Source of the DNA: Antedon mediterranea
Taxonomy: Eukaryota; Animalia; Echinodermata
DNA: 64,000 bases
Assembly: GCF_964355755.1 (NCBI RefSeq)
Contig: NC_092672.1
Span: 38,446,437-38,510,436, forward strand
Reading direction: 5' to 3'
Each line of letters begins with the position of its first letter. Positions within the stretch are counted from its first letter, which is position 1. This document shows positions 9,688 through 23,065 of the stretch, in pieces. The notes below the pieces were generated by a model. It searched no databases. It was not told where the DNA came from and was given only the letters and a program-made list of their open reading frames with translations. Both the position numbers and the translations under genes were made by a program.

Positions 9688-12600
9688 CAACATTACCAGC
9701 TAGTAGCAGGTATTGTTGAGATAAACCGAGCATTATGTTGAGTACTATATGATTACGTAATTCTGTACTTACCTGACGTATCCAAGCTTAATGTTTGGTC
9801 TACACTCTTACCTGTGCCAATGTTTAATATTTAGTCTACACAAAAAAAGTTAGTTTAGGCATGGTTAGGACTATACTAGATCTTTGTTTCGGTTATTTTA
9901 CGATTAGAAGAACATTGTAATCGTATCAGATTTATACCAAATGTACACATAATTCAAATATATTTAAATTAGGATTGTAGAATAATCTGAATAATTAAGT
10001 ACACTGCTGCTTGGTCTTAAAAATTGCAAAATAGTAAAGGGCGCCATCATTAGAAAACAATTTTGACAAGAAACTGTAATAATAATAATAAGATTTATAT
10101 AGCGCACATATCCACAAAAATGCGCTTGTGAAAAACCATGAAAAAACATATAAAAATATAAACTTTGAAACCTAAATACTACTGATAATTTTGACAAAAA
10201 CCGAAATAAAACAAGACCAATCGTACCCACATCACTGCTTCCGTTTACCAGCAATTTAAGGTGCATAGACCAGCTAGTACATAACTCACAGGTGTTCTCA
10301 GTGATGTGGGTATGTAGCTAAACAAATTAAATTGAAACCCAACACAAAAATCATTTAATGTGTAATATTTAATTATCAAAGTGTAACTTAACTGTACATC
10401 AATACAATATATAGTTACACTTAATTTCATTTCATTTATTCATGGTTAAACGCAGCAAAATATAGTACATGCTTTGAAATTATTTTCGTTTGTTCAAAGT
10501 TAAAAATACACATAAAAATATAAAAATTAGTTAAAATTTGGTAAAATACAGATAAACATCATTTAAAATACAAAATACAAGCAAGATTGGTGTGTGTAAG
10601 GGTACAGCACAAAATGATCAACGTTTCCATGTTTCATTTAATACTGTGTGGTAAATAACCTAATTATAATTTGTTGTTTTCTCAACTCGAAACATGTCCG
10701 TATTGAAGTAACAGACCTTTTCACTGCAGTAATCCTATTCATCTCCGTCAATAGCAGATCAACTTCTTCTCTCTTCCGAATCCTAATTCCTCGTGTCAAC
10801 ACCAAACGAACACACGCAGGTGTTGTAGCCTATTGTAGTGACTGTGAAATCCTTCCGTTGCTTTCTAACATTGAACATGACAAGCTTAGGCTGAGGCCAG
10901 GGAGATCACATACCAAAACCGTTTAGCCCCGGGCGCCGACACCCACTTCGCCTCGGATCTATTATGCCCTTATACACTTCACCTTTCAAAAGGAAGTCTG
11001 TTAAGAAGTGCGGTAAATGTACTTTTTTGACGTATTGTAATTGTACGTACGTTGTGGCTTAGGTGTGCAAATAACAGGCGACAGTGTTACTGTTTTGATA
11101 ACGACTGATATACCAAGTGTTATCTTTGATATTTATCATGTACACTAAACGAACAATAAACAAAACACAAATCCAAAACAACATCTTTAAATGGAATATT
11201 TACAACCACGTTTGCTACTAAAAGGACCTAAAAATAACTAAAGATAGAAGTAGGGCTTCTGTTTTGGTATAAATTGTTTACATGTATTTCATTGAGTGGG
11301 ATATTAATAACGTGTGGGTGGAAGACATTCTCTTCACGTTTCCATAAATAAAATGTGTCGTCGGTAGACGTGGCCGTCGGCAAACAATAGGCCGTTTTTG
11401 TTATATAAATTCGATGACAAAGGTTTACGCAAGTCGGTGTCCTTGAAACACTAACGTTAAACAGACCAATTTAGGCTATGTGTCATAAATTTAGAATTAA
11501 AAGCTTGTTCAAAATATAAAAATGCTGTCAACACGCACGCAAACATAAAATATTGTGTTTACAAAATAGCTATTGTTGAACATTGTACGCCACATGTACT
11601 GCTATACCTTTACAAACAATAATAGGATGTTTGTTTAGTAACTTCAAACAATAAATAAATATTTTAAAAAACAGTGTAGGATTGTGTTCCTTGTGGAGTA
11701 CCGTAGTACAGTATGCTCTGTTTAAAACATCTAAAGTACTTTGAATAATCAATCTTTGTTGTTGTTTGTTTATTTATTATTAACTATATTGGGTCTCTTT
11801 TTTACTCGATATCCTGATTTACCCGACGTGACGCGTTTTAACATCATACACTTTTGCTGCTTAATGCGCCCCCCATACAGAGTTCCCCTACACTCTACTC
11901 ACGAACAAGTAACATCTTACCAGTAGACATACTAAGGCCTTTTGTATTATATTGGATATCATGACTTATCTGGCTTGACATCTTACACTTTTGCTGCATA
12001 ATGCGCCTCATACAGAGTTCCCCCTCCTCACGACCTTATCGTGTCAGTCTCTGAAATGTACCGGTATTGTTAGGCCTAGTAGACATAGGGCCGGCCTTTT
12101 GTAAATACACCGGCTTAAAAAAAATATAATGTATGCAGAAATGTTTTAAAATATATTGTTAAAAAAAAGTTGGGGGATGGGGGTACTTATTGTAAAGGTT
12201 TTTGTGTAGATTTACAAACTCGACTATTTCCTTTCAACGTACACGGCGGATCTTCAATACAAAGTTTCTTCTGATTTGGCATGTTTACATATCGAATAAA
12301 TCACATGTGTTGATATTGTTTGAAATATGGAAATGTTGCAGTATACGGTTGAGTGGAATATAAATGACAATTCGTTAACACATTCGGGTTAAATTTAAAA
12401 TATGGATTTATTCATAAGCCATAATGTGATATTCTGAAGCGACACTGCAAAATACATAAATAAGCATAATATGCGTTACAATATTGTATGTTGGTGGTTT
12501 GTCAGTTGAAGTGACTTGAACAAAATGAGAAAATAACCCGAAGAATCAACAACAAAGGTTGTCTTGAAAATGGTTATTATGTCTTTTAAGATTTTGAATT

Positions 12601-12856
12601 GACGGTGACGTCGGTAAATTTGTAATATTCCATAATTTCGAATGCTTGACTAAATTGGAAACTGAAGTTCTAAACGAAAAAATATATAAAATTTATATAA
12701 AAATGACAGTACTACAAACGAATAATAATACCGGAAGTTTTTCATTTGACAATGCTCCTCTTATATGCTGACTCCGACCGACTTTCGCTTGTTGATTGAC
12801 AATCCATTACAATATTGTGAAAAGTACGCTACTACTGACAAATGTCATCGCTCTAC

Positions 12857-12964
12857 ATCTTGGTTCTCACTAGCGACGCAACGCAATGGCTTGTCATTGG
12901 TCAACTCGCTTGTGTTGTGCGTACGCGTACGTCCTTGCGTTGCGTCGCTAGTGGGAACAACGCT
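12857..12964. mobile_element. MITE family B copy, internally deleted
   Basis: CTTGGTTCTCACTAGCGACGCAACGCAA ... TTGCGTTGCGTCGCTAGTGGGAAC. Confidence 0.8.
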
Positions 12965-14559
12965 GAAGTGATCAAACATGTTGGTATATATAGTTATAAA
13001 CTCATTTATAAAAACACTGTAACGTTTTATGAACATTTTAACCAAAAGAAAATAGAGGCAAAGGTTATATATTTGTAAAATGTAAAAACGATACAGAAAT
13101 AAACTTTATTTCATCATCCACGAAAATTCCCAAGGTCGCATGTCAAGAAGACAATAATGATGATATTTAGGGTAGTTTATACCGGAACAAAACTATTTTT
13201 TGGAAGTAAATAAACCCACAAAACTGTTTGGTGTTTCATAAATTGTCTGAAAATCATCCAACTGAGAAATGTCTCTTTTATATAGCAAAGCAATTAAATT
13301 AAACTTGTAATTTTTCAATGGAAAACGGAAGTTGTAAATAATTGTTATTTTATTTTATAGTTTATATACATTTTTTTGTTCATTTTTTTATATATATATA
13401 TTTCTAAATTTAGATTTAACCAATCATTCGTATTTTGTATACCCTACAAAGTGTATTTTTATCTGCGATGATTTGATATTTGTAGCTAACTTTATCTGAA
13501 ATATATTAAAATTATTTGGAGGTTTTTCGTTCTATTTATCATTATTGAATATAGGCCTAGTGTTGACTATTGAGTTGACATTGTATTGTCAAATAACAAA
13601 TGTCTTGTCGAAACAACGTACTTTGGGGCTACCGTCTTTATTTCGACAAGAGAGCCGTTCAGGGTTGGTTCCCATCCACCAAAGATCTATTTCGGAAATC
13701 ACTGCCAATATCAGCACTATGGATGGCATCACTGACATAAGGCAGGTGTATCAGATAGAGAAAGACAATGACAATTATTCTCGACTGTTATAGTGTACTA
13801 CTGGCACACATTTCCTTCTCTACAATGACATCCTGTTCTCTCGGTTAAGGTGTTTCAAAACCAAATATTAAAAAGAGCTTTGTTGCATTTAGATATTAGT
13901 AATGCGCCTTTAGAAACATATAAAAAGGAAAACCTTAATAAAAAGGTATAAATATGGCAAGTATTATAAAAGAATGACAAAAAAAGTAGAATTTTATGAG
14001 CGTCCTTGGAATCGGTCAAAGACTTGGAAAACATTTCCAAGCTAACAGATATCGTTTGTTCGAGACGACAAACAACAAGTTTAGCCACAATTTGAGTGTA
14101 AAAACAGCATTCTTTGTAGTGTAGTGAAATCTGACGATTCCTTGCCTGCTTTCACGCTTCTTTACGCGCCTTTTTACTTTGTTTAATCTGTCGGAAGCAA
14201 AAGCTAGGTATCATAAGGTACATGCAATATTTATACTAGCACCTCCGGCGGGCAATCTCTCGCGTGTTCAATGGACTATCATAACTATTCACATTACTCA
14301 GCGGCTTACCGGCTTTTACTTGCCTATTCACACAAATCTGACATCACTGATGTCTTTTATTCCTATCGAATTTTCTTGTTGTCTGTTTTCTGATAATTCG
14401 GTTAGATAAGCAGAATCGAGAAAAAGAAATTGATGAACCAAAATTGAATAAAACGAATAGAAACAGAGATAGATAGTATGATAAACTGGGACGTATTTTA
14501 AATGGTAGTCATTGACTATAACATAAATAAGACTGTGAGCAAGAACTTTAAAGATTTAT

Positions 14560-15593
14560 GTTTGAATATACCTTTTGTTTTATTGATAAAATTTGAATGT
14601 AGTGGCATTATAAAAAATCAACAAAAAAAAAAGATCTAATATACGGACAGCATGAACAAACATTACTATAAATATAAATAAAGAGAATATTTTACTGTGT
14701 AAAACAACAGTAAAAGAAGGTTTGTTATTAGGTACAATAATTTCAATGCTAGCCCGATGGCAAAATATGAGAAGTACCTCGTAAATGAAAGTAACAACAT
14801 AATGTCTTCTTATAGTTTGGGATTTTATTCAGTAACAAATCATTACAAACATAAATATCACGTGATCATTTTGTATGACCCACAAAATATTCTCTCCCAT
14901 CAGTCCGAGCATGCGCAAACAGCGCACAATAAGGAATGGTCAAACATGCCCTCACGGAGGATAGGAATGAATACGAACATAATATAAACTATGGAACGCA
15001 AACATATGGAACGCCGAAGTAGCATTTTAGCATCCCATATTTTATAATTAAACTACAGAATAAAATCCAGCACATCGCAGCTATAAAGTTTACACCATTG
15101 CACTTAATAACATGTTTATAAAACAACAACATTATCATCATTATAATTACAGAAACATCACTTTGAACAGTCGACATTTTTTTTCTACACTAACATTGAA
15201 GATATTATTATTTTTATGCACAATACAGTTGATACCATGTGTTGAGTTCAGGAGGAAGTTTCTTCCCCAAAATATGATACGTCTACAGTTTTCAAAACAC
15301 CATGAATGGTTTAGAATAGTACCCGTGTAGAGACCTGGCAGCCAACTTAAACGTCCCGCGTCAGAAATTGGGATTTTCCGTTTTATCAATGTGTTCCAAT
15401 TGCTCTGATTGGAACAACGACTGCTTTCAAAGTGTTCACAAGAGTCTAATGCAGTCGATTCCAATTTATTTCGCTAACGTCATTCAAGAAATGTTGTTAT
15501 AACGTGGATTAACTCGAATTACGTCATTGAATTTCATAATGGTTTTGTTTTTCTTGAGATGAGAACAAACTTTCTCTCAAAAACGAGTCATCA
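14560..15593 (-). other. Probable Lhx1/5 3' UTR with candidate AATAAA poly(A) signal at 14584-14579
   Basis: U-rich minus-strand sequence after the stop. AATAAA hexamers on the minus strand near 15465, 14825 and 14580; the true end cannot be fixed from sequence. Confidence 0.4.
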
Positions 15594-15973
15594 TCACCAG
15601 ACTGTTCCCTCCGTGTGTTCCCCATGATGAGGTAATCCACGAAAACCATTAGGCATAGAATGCATAGCGCCACCTCTCGGTCCGTGACTAAATCTATCGG
15701 GTGACCTGAACATGTCCCCTGTACCTGGCAACGGCACAGGTTCTGGACTAGGACTTAGATCTCTGTGGTGATGCATATAACCAACATCTTGATGCATGTT
15801 TCCCTGTTGATGCATGGGTTGTTCTATACTGGTTAAGGGGTTGTTTTGTGATACAGGTGGGATGTAAGGTGCCATTTCGGCCTGTTGAGGCTCTCCACCA
15901 GGTGGCTGCTGCTGGCCTGGGTAGAAATCGTAATAACCTTGAGTGCCGTAGTAGTCGCCTGGGTTCCCGGAGT
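15594..15973 (-). CDS. Lhx1: Lhx1/5 coding exon 5 (Tyr/Pro/Gln-rich C-terminal region, stop)
   Basis: Acceptor tttttcag|AC in phase 1. Encodes (D)SGNPGDYYGTQGYYDFYPGQQQPP...EGTVW*. The YYG..YDF motif and terminal VW resemble the vertebrate LHX1 C-terminus. Confidence 0.9.
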
Positions 15974-16294
15974 CTGAAAAAACAAGAAAAAGAGTTATCC
16001 CAGTGAGAGACATAGAAGCAGACATGATATGCATGCCCCGGGCCAAAGAAGCACAGCCCGAGTTATGAAAATTGATTGTCACAGCGAGCGGTACAATAAC
16101 TGACTACAAATACAAATAATTTGCAAACGAATTACTTGGATTTCTGTAAGATTTTGTTTGTTTAAATTAAAGAGATAATCAATATTTCAAAAGTATGGAA
16201 TAAAATAACTGTAACTTTCAACTGTCAACTGTTACATTACAAATGTAAAATTGTCGAAAGTAAACCAGTATTTAAAATCGTTATAAATAACTAA

Positions 16295-16433
16295 AGCTCT
16301 GTACACTATCAAACTTTATGTGACAACAAATGTGATGCACCCTTATATATGGACATGATGATGTCATATCACTATCATATTTAGGCACATCACATCATAT
16401 TTGTCAAACTAGTTTGATAGTGTAGACAGAGCT
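16295..16433. mobile_element. MITE family A (TIR AGCTCTGTCTACACTATCAAAC), Tourist/PIF-Harbinger-like
   Basis: Inverted termini with TAA directly on both sides. Internal sequence is shared with six other copies in the window. Confidence 0.85.
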
Positions 16434-17009
16434 TAAAACTCAGACACTACGGTAGTGCAACATTGTGGATTTTCCAGTACAATAACAGTTGGTTTTTACG
16501 AAGTAAAGCTGAACAATGACCATGTTGTCCACAAATTAAAGAGACACACATCCTAATGTTTAAAATCTAGACATTCCCCCGGTTTAAATCGACCACCTTC
16601 GTTTTGGTGACTCCATTGATAACAATTCGTGCTTTTTACTAACTTTGAGGACATGCTGTTAACAGGTAGGATGTGTAACAAACAATGATATTTACAAACG
16701 TCAAACACGCTTAGGGGGCTAAAAAGTCCCAAAAATATCTATTCATTAGGCATCATATTCACTCTTGCCGATATCAGCGTCTTTATTAGTGAATGGTAAA
16801 ATATTTTCTCGTTCTATTATTTATTCAACTCCTTATACATTATTTGTTAGCATAATAATTGGTTTTCGCGAGAACCAAGAGGAGAAGATGCTTTTGTTTT
16901 TGTCGTAATTTTTTAGCCCTGTTTGATATCTTAATTCCATTTTGAAATAATTTAATTTTCAACCGTGATAAGCTTATACACAATCCAATATTATTTGTGT
17001 TCTTTGCAA

Positions 17010-17072
17010 TTGTGGCCATTGTAGTAACATACATATATCATTGTGGCCATTGTAGTAACATACATATATCAT
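17010..17072. repeat. 31-bp tandem duplication
   Basis: TTGTGGCCATTGTAGTAACATACATATATCA twice. Confidence 0.9.
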
Positions 17073-18685
17073 TCGCTTGTTGCAAACTCCATAAACCAAT
17101 GACTAAAGTATTCGATTATTATATGATAATCTATTTTTCTGATTTAAAAGATGAACTTATTATTTTTAATGAAGTTGAATGTTCTGTTTTCTCAACACTC
17201 GTTGATGTATATAATCATTCGCAATGGTTTCGGATATCAAATATGACAAGTATAAGCCGTTTAATCCGATACGTTCATAACGGCGATAAGCCTCAACACA
17301 CGGGACCAAACTTAAGTCCATAGCAGTGGAGCACGAGACACCTGTATAAAACTATACACAACAAACACACGGTCTCATCTTAAGTACAGTGGTTTAAAAC
17401 AGTTAAATCTATTTTTTATATTATCAATAACATTTGGGAGGTTTTTAATGCCACTGATGCACCGTAAATAAAACCTAGACTGGCCATGCTGTGCGCATGA
17501 TATTGATAACGGTTTTTGTACGCGAACATAATTATATTTACTGATGAAAAAAATTCATCTCCTTCCCAAAAAGAAAGTGAGAAAGTGCGATGCTAACGCA
17601 CGCAACGTTGGTAAGTTTCAACGTTTATTTTCACCTTCATGAAAAACGAAAATTTGATTTCAAAAATATATTTACTGATTGTAACAATCGAAAAAAAATA
17701 AAAGAAAATAGATAGAATGCAATATATATAATACATATATATTTTTAAACATTTTGTTTTTTGCATAGGCCAATTTTAATTTCACATAATAGTTGGATTG
17801 ATATATCTGATAAACTAAAATATTCATTTATTTATTATTCTTTATTTACATCTTTAAGGCAAACTTCTTAGGAGAAAAGTACAGCTGAACTGAGAGTCAT
17901 GGTTGACTAACAACTACCGGAGAACAGGCATTCTTTTCTACCACATTTGGTTTAATAAGGTCGCTAGACAATCTTTTAATTCATCAACATATTTTAGGTA
18001 ACACGATTAACAAAAGCAAGATGAATTGAAGGAAAAATTTATTGGTCTAATTTCAACCTGAAACTAGAAATAAAAGTTAATTTTAGGCTTAATTAATTTT
18101 AGTAATACAGTGGTATTCAATTAGGGGTACTTTATTTGACAGGATGACGTACATTGTGCCTTGCTGCTTCTCGCAACGACAATCAAAGAGACCTAATTTC
18201 AAATATATTTATGTGAAATAAAATAATCATAGTCGATATACATATATGTTAATGCACAGATTGGAAAGTAGGGATTAGGAAAAATAAGAACAAAACTGTG
18301 AAAAGAAACATTCTGTAAAAAATATCTGGGAGAGAATATTCCCACTTTTGTCGGGTAATCAACCTATAAATTACAATGGAGTTTAGCACCATGTGAGTTG
18401 TTGGTCTCTGGGAGGAGAAGAAGGAGCATCAGCCCAGAACAAATGGTCCATCTTCTTAATACGCTGAAGGTCTTTCAACTATTTTGGAATTGTCCAAGTC
18501 AACAAATGGAAACGGATGTTAAGCCAGAACAACATTGCACGAACATTTTTTTTTAAATCACCAGGTTTTGGAAATTATTGTTATTGATTCTAAAAGAAAG
18601 AATCGATTCAGCTTCAATAGAAAATTTAAACCAAAACGCAAAACCCTTTTTACTTAAGATGTTTCAATTATAAAAACATGAGTAA

Positions 18686-19072
18686 AGGCCAATTTACACA
18701 GACGAGCGGTAACGGTAAGCGGAAAACCGCGTAGCTTGTTCCACGTAGAATCTGTATCTATCCTGCAGGACGGGAACCGCGTAGCTTGTTCCACGTAGAA
18801 TCTGTATCTATCCTGGACGAGAACCGCGTAGCTTGTTCCACGTAGAATCTGTATCTATCCTGGACGGGAACCGCGTAGCTTGTGTTCCACGTAGAATCTG
18901 TATCTATCCTGCAGGACGGGAACCGCGTAGCTTGTTCCACGTAGAATCTGTATCTATCCTGGACGGGAACCGCCCGTCCATTCCGCATGGTGTTTAAATG
19001 GTCTTAAAGAATAACATTAGATTCTATATTGTATTATCGTTACCGCTTGTCTGTGTAGGCCTAAATGTACCT
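18686..19072. mobile_element. MITE family D carrying an internal minisatellite
   Basis: TACACAGACGAGCGGTAACG (18695-18714) is inverted at 19038-19057 with 1 mismatch; left flank TAA. The right boundary is ambiguous (19062 or 19072). Confidence 0.6.
18725..18973. repeat. 47-52-bp minisatellite, 5 copies
   Basis: AACCGCGTAGCTTGTTCCACGTAGAATCTGTATCTATCCTG(CAG)GACGGG repeated. Confidence 0.95.
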
Positions 19073-22000
19073 TATTCTAGGCTTTAGGATCGTTGGTTTG
19101 TTGGGAACAGAAGGGAGGAAACGCGGCAGGACAAAACCAATCTTACTGAAACAATTCATATACTTTGTGTAATGTACTAATCTGAATGCGTTGGCGTTAG
19201 ATCGCATCAAACTGTATACGATAAAATTCAATGGTTTAAAGCAAATCTATGAATTTACAACTGAAACATGTGAATGACAAAGATAATGTTAATAGTTAAT
19301 GTTACATTTGCATCAATCATCAATCTTGTTATGATTGTGTACACTTTGATAGATGGACAAAAACGACAAGAAACGGGAGATGACTTGATGGTTAAATCGA
19401 TGCCATGAATACGAGTATTGACAGAGGAATTTATATAATGTGAAGACACAATAGACAAACACATGTGTACATAGATCGTAAACGGAAGGACAAATCTCGT
19501 ATGCCTAAAACGTACATGTCTATAAACCAATAATCAAAGCTTTGTATGTATGTAAACATCATTTAAACCAAATTTAATATTATTCTGTGTATATTTTCAT
19601 ACGTATTAAATATTGTCATACGTGCGCGACTCCTCGCTCCCAAAACGCGCTGATAAATCGCGATAGGAACAAATGAGATGAGAGATAGGCGGGTAAAAGT
19701 CATTACTGATGTTGTTAGGCTAATTTCAAAGAGGGTTTATCCTTTACAAAAGTTTGTTCCCAATATTTGTTTCCTATATCAACCGTTTACAGAATTTTAT
19801 TTTTAAATGGCAAAATCTTAAACGTTAAAGTCAAAATTCGTTTATTTTGTGGAAAAACTGGTCACAGTGGAGTGCCGTCGGTTACTGATATTTAAAACAA
19901 CACACTTCCACATTAGCTGTGTTTGTGCAACACTTAGTTGCTGGCACACGTGTTTTACAGCGACAGTGACGATCAACACTGTGTTGCACACGTTATCCAA
20001 GACAACAGACCAGTGACTCGCCAAGGGCCACATCAGAAAAAAAAAAAACTATTGTCCAACTATTCTATTGTTCTAAATAAAAGTACATCTCTATCGCCGG
20101 CTACATAAAAGCATAGCATTTGTGAATATATAGGAAGAGATTAACGAATGGTAAAACCTTCAAAGGAGAAATAGATCAGTGATGAAAAGGCTGTAAAATG
20201 CTAAGGTCGGCGAATGCAAAACGTCAAGGCAGCTAGTCGTTTGTTAGAATCAATAGCCGGCACGGCAAGCAAAGCGTGAATTCCGTGTGGAGCTAAAAAT
20301 AATTAGCTTAGAAAGAAATCGATGGCTTAGCCTATCAATCCGATCTGAAATGTGTGGACAATTGACTTTCTCTCTTTTAAGATTAACAATAGTGGTGTGC
20401 TCACTTCTTTGTTTAATTTAAACATCTCGCAATGAAGTTTTAAATGAGGTTAAAGTGCCGACAATCAAGTGTGATGCAAATTCGATACAATTGCTTGTAT
20501 ACCTTCAATAAAAACAATATAATTATAATATGTGAAATCAAATACAGTAATCCTGTTTGCTCTTTTAAAGTTAAAGGTTTTACAATGTATTATGAAGCCT
20601 GTCAGGTGTCTAGCATTAATGTAATTAAAACGCAAACAATAGCATTGAAGGCATCACAATTAAACACATTTAAGCTAAACGTATTACCTAAATATTTTGT
20701 TGTATACTCTAGTACAGCTATTATTGCCACTGAATTATACTGTATTGAATACCGAGTTCTGACTTAACAGTGTTGCATACCAGAACTTATATTCTGAGGC
20801 ATTCTGTGTGGAATATCTGAACATACATGCAATTTTAAAAAGGAGAATTGTGATAATGGAGGCAATGTAAATTAAGTTGCTGTCCTTTTCTTATCATAAA
20901 AACGACCGTCTTTATGAAGGTTCGTTGACAAACCGTAGACAAATACAGGCAAAAAAAACAAAACATCCGTGTCTTAATCGCCCAGATTAACGTCAAGATG
21001 TCGAAATAGTCACAACGAAATGTTCATGTGCTGACGACGCGACCGTGCTCAATCGGGGTACAGGCCTATTCTACCGGTTTTGTTTTTTTGTTTATTTTGC
21101 CCAAAATGACGTCCATTTAAGGTCATCACACCATAACATACGCATGACACAAACGCACATTTCAATGGACGTGTTACACGCGCAGGCTTGCGTAACGTGT
21201 ACGCCTATTTCTACCAGGTACGCGCTGTCTAGCAACCAATCACATAATTGAGAGTTATTAATAGCCCGGATATTGAATTATGAAAGTACTTTTTTAATTG
21301 TTAAGTTGTTATAGTCAAGGTAATGGTTATCAACATGTGTATTATGTTCCTTATTTGTAGCAATCCACCCATGAAACGGCATTTTTACTTATATATTAAC
21401 CAGTCCAATTAAAATATGGGTTACATAACGAGGTATATAATTAACATATTTTGATTAGTCTATACTTTTAAACACCATTTAAACAACAACAATGGTTTAC
21501 GGTTATTCAAATGTAAGAAAAGTATAGGCCTACTACACTAAAATGCATTGCTTACGAATCCTTGCTAGACCCGGGTAGGCCTACACATACATTGATGACG
21601 TAACCACGACGTGACTTATATGGCAACGTACTTTTATATCACCAGGGTTGTCACCTCCTTAGGTAGGGGTTCCTGAAAAGTGCGGGGAATCTATGACAGA
21701 TAGGTCGCGAACGGCGCCTAGACTCCCGGCAGGACCGCGTCCGACAAAGTTTTGTATTTTCACAGTTGTTCGAAAATTCTTCCTCAACGACATCTTTCTC
21801 CCGAAACGCGATGGCCCACAAAGGTTACCTTTAGAGGTAACTGAAACGGTACCAAATTATGATAATACATCGGTTGATATGTTTGATTTGTAATTAACAA
21901 TAAATATCGACATTTACAATAGTTACCTAACACTTTAACATGCTGTAAGATGTAAAAGTATGTTACACTAATTCGTACGATGTGGGAGGTCCTTGTAGGA

Positions 22001-22572
22001 AAACTCAAATGGCGGCTCCCATAATTTACATACAGTATATTCTTAGAATTTCAATTATATAAAAACTGTCGACACATTTCAAATACTTGCTCGCCATTTG
22101 AATTCGTTCACACAGGTGTTACAAAAAAAAAAAAATAAATATGATATTTTATTTTCCATTAACACTCGGCAATATTACCCATTCTTGTTACTACATCATT
22201 CTTACGTTAAGTTAACACAATTATAAAACACATTATATACATGCTGATCGTGCTGAGGATTTATTTAGACTTTCATCGCACGAACAATGTGTATACACAC
22301 AGAAACAGAATGGTAGTCTCAAGCTGTATCAAGCTGTAGAGGACCTGTGGCTGTATTCACCATTCACACTAAGGGAAACACAATTAAAATTAAAAAAATC
22401 TCCTATCTAAGTGAATACAATTTAAATATTTATTGAGTAAAGTGAAATACTTAATATTTAAGGAAAATATCTCATTTAAGTGTGATTGGTGAATACGACC
22501 ACAGGTGCATTGATTCAAGCACATTGCAATGTAAAGACAAATAAAAACATAACATTGTAAAATAATAATTAC

Positions 22573-22762
22573 CTGGATCTGCAAAGTTGAAATGGTTATG
22601 CATCATGTCCGGGTTGTTTTCTATGTCATAGGGTCCGTTCATACCGGGTCGTAAACCTCGGATACCGCGTCGTGGATTCCGGAAAAACGGATGACGTCTC
22701 GCGCCTAGAGCACTCAATTGTTTCATTCGTCGCTCTTTTGATCGACGATTTTGGAACCATAC
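22573..22762 (-). CDS. Lhx1: Lhx1/5 coding exon 4 (homeodomain helix 3 and C-terminal conserved region)
   Basis: Acceptor atttcag|GTA and donor G|gtaatt. Encodes [32 protein letters not shown]..., matching vertebrate LHX1/5 after the conserved homeobox intron. Confidence 0.97.
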
Positions 22763-22902
22763 CTGAAATGACAAAAGGTTTAATTTATTGAAACGCAGAA
22801 TAACATTATATTAGTGCATTGGAATTGCTATAAGCCATCCAAACAATACATCAAATAATACAAGCCCAATCCAGGCCTACTAATAATACAATATACAGAT
22901 AA

Positions 22903-23065
22903 AGCTCTGTCTACACTATCAAACTTTATTTGACAAAAACATGTGATGTGCCTATATATAGACATGATGATGTCATATCACTACCATATTTGAGCATATC
23001 ACTACCATATTTGAGCATATCACACTTTTTTTGTCCAACTATAGTTTGATAGTGTACAAAGAGCT
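22903..23065. mobile_element. MITE family A copy
   Basis: Both TIRs present, flanks TAA/TTA, internal 21-bp unit duplicated. Confidence 0.85.

Noticed and set aside
10070-10430. Possible L2/CR1 remnant (GCGCTATATAAAT-(TTA)n tail on the minus strand)
   Set aside because: Tail-like motif only; no continuous reverse transcriptase similarity visible.
18340-18600. Possible decayed LINE ORF2 fragment (QLFWNCP-like peptide)
   Set aside because: Only a few residues match and a frameshift is needed; cannot be supported without a search.
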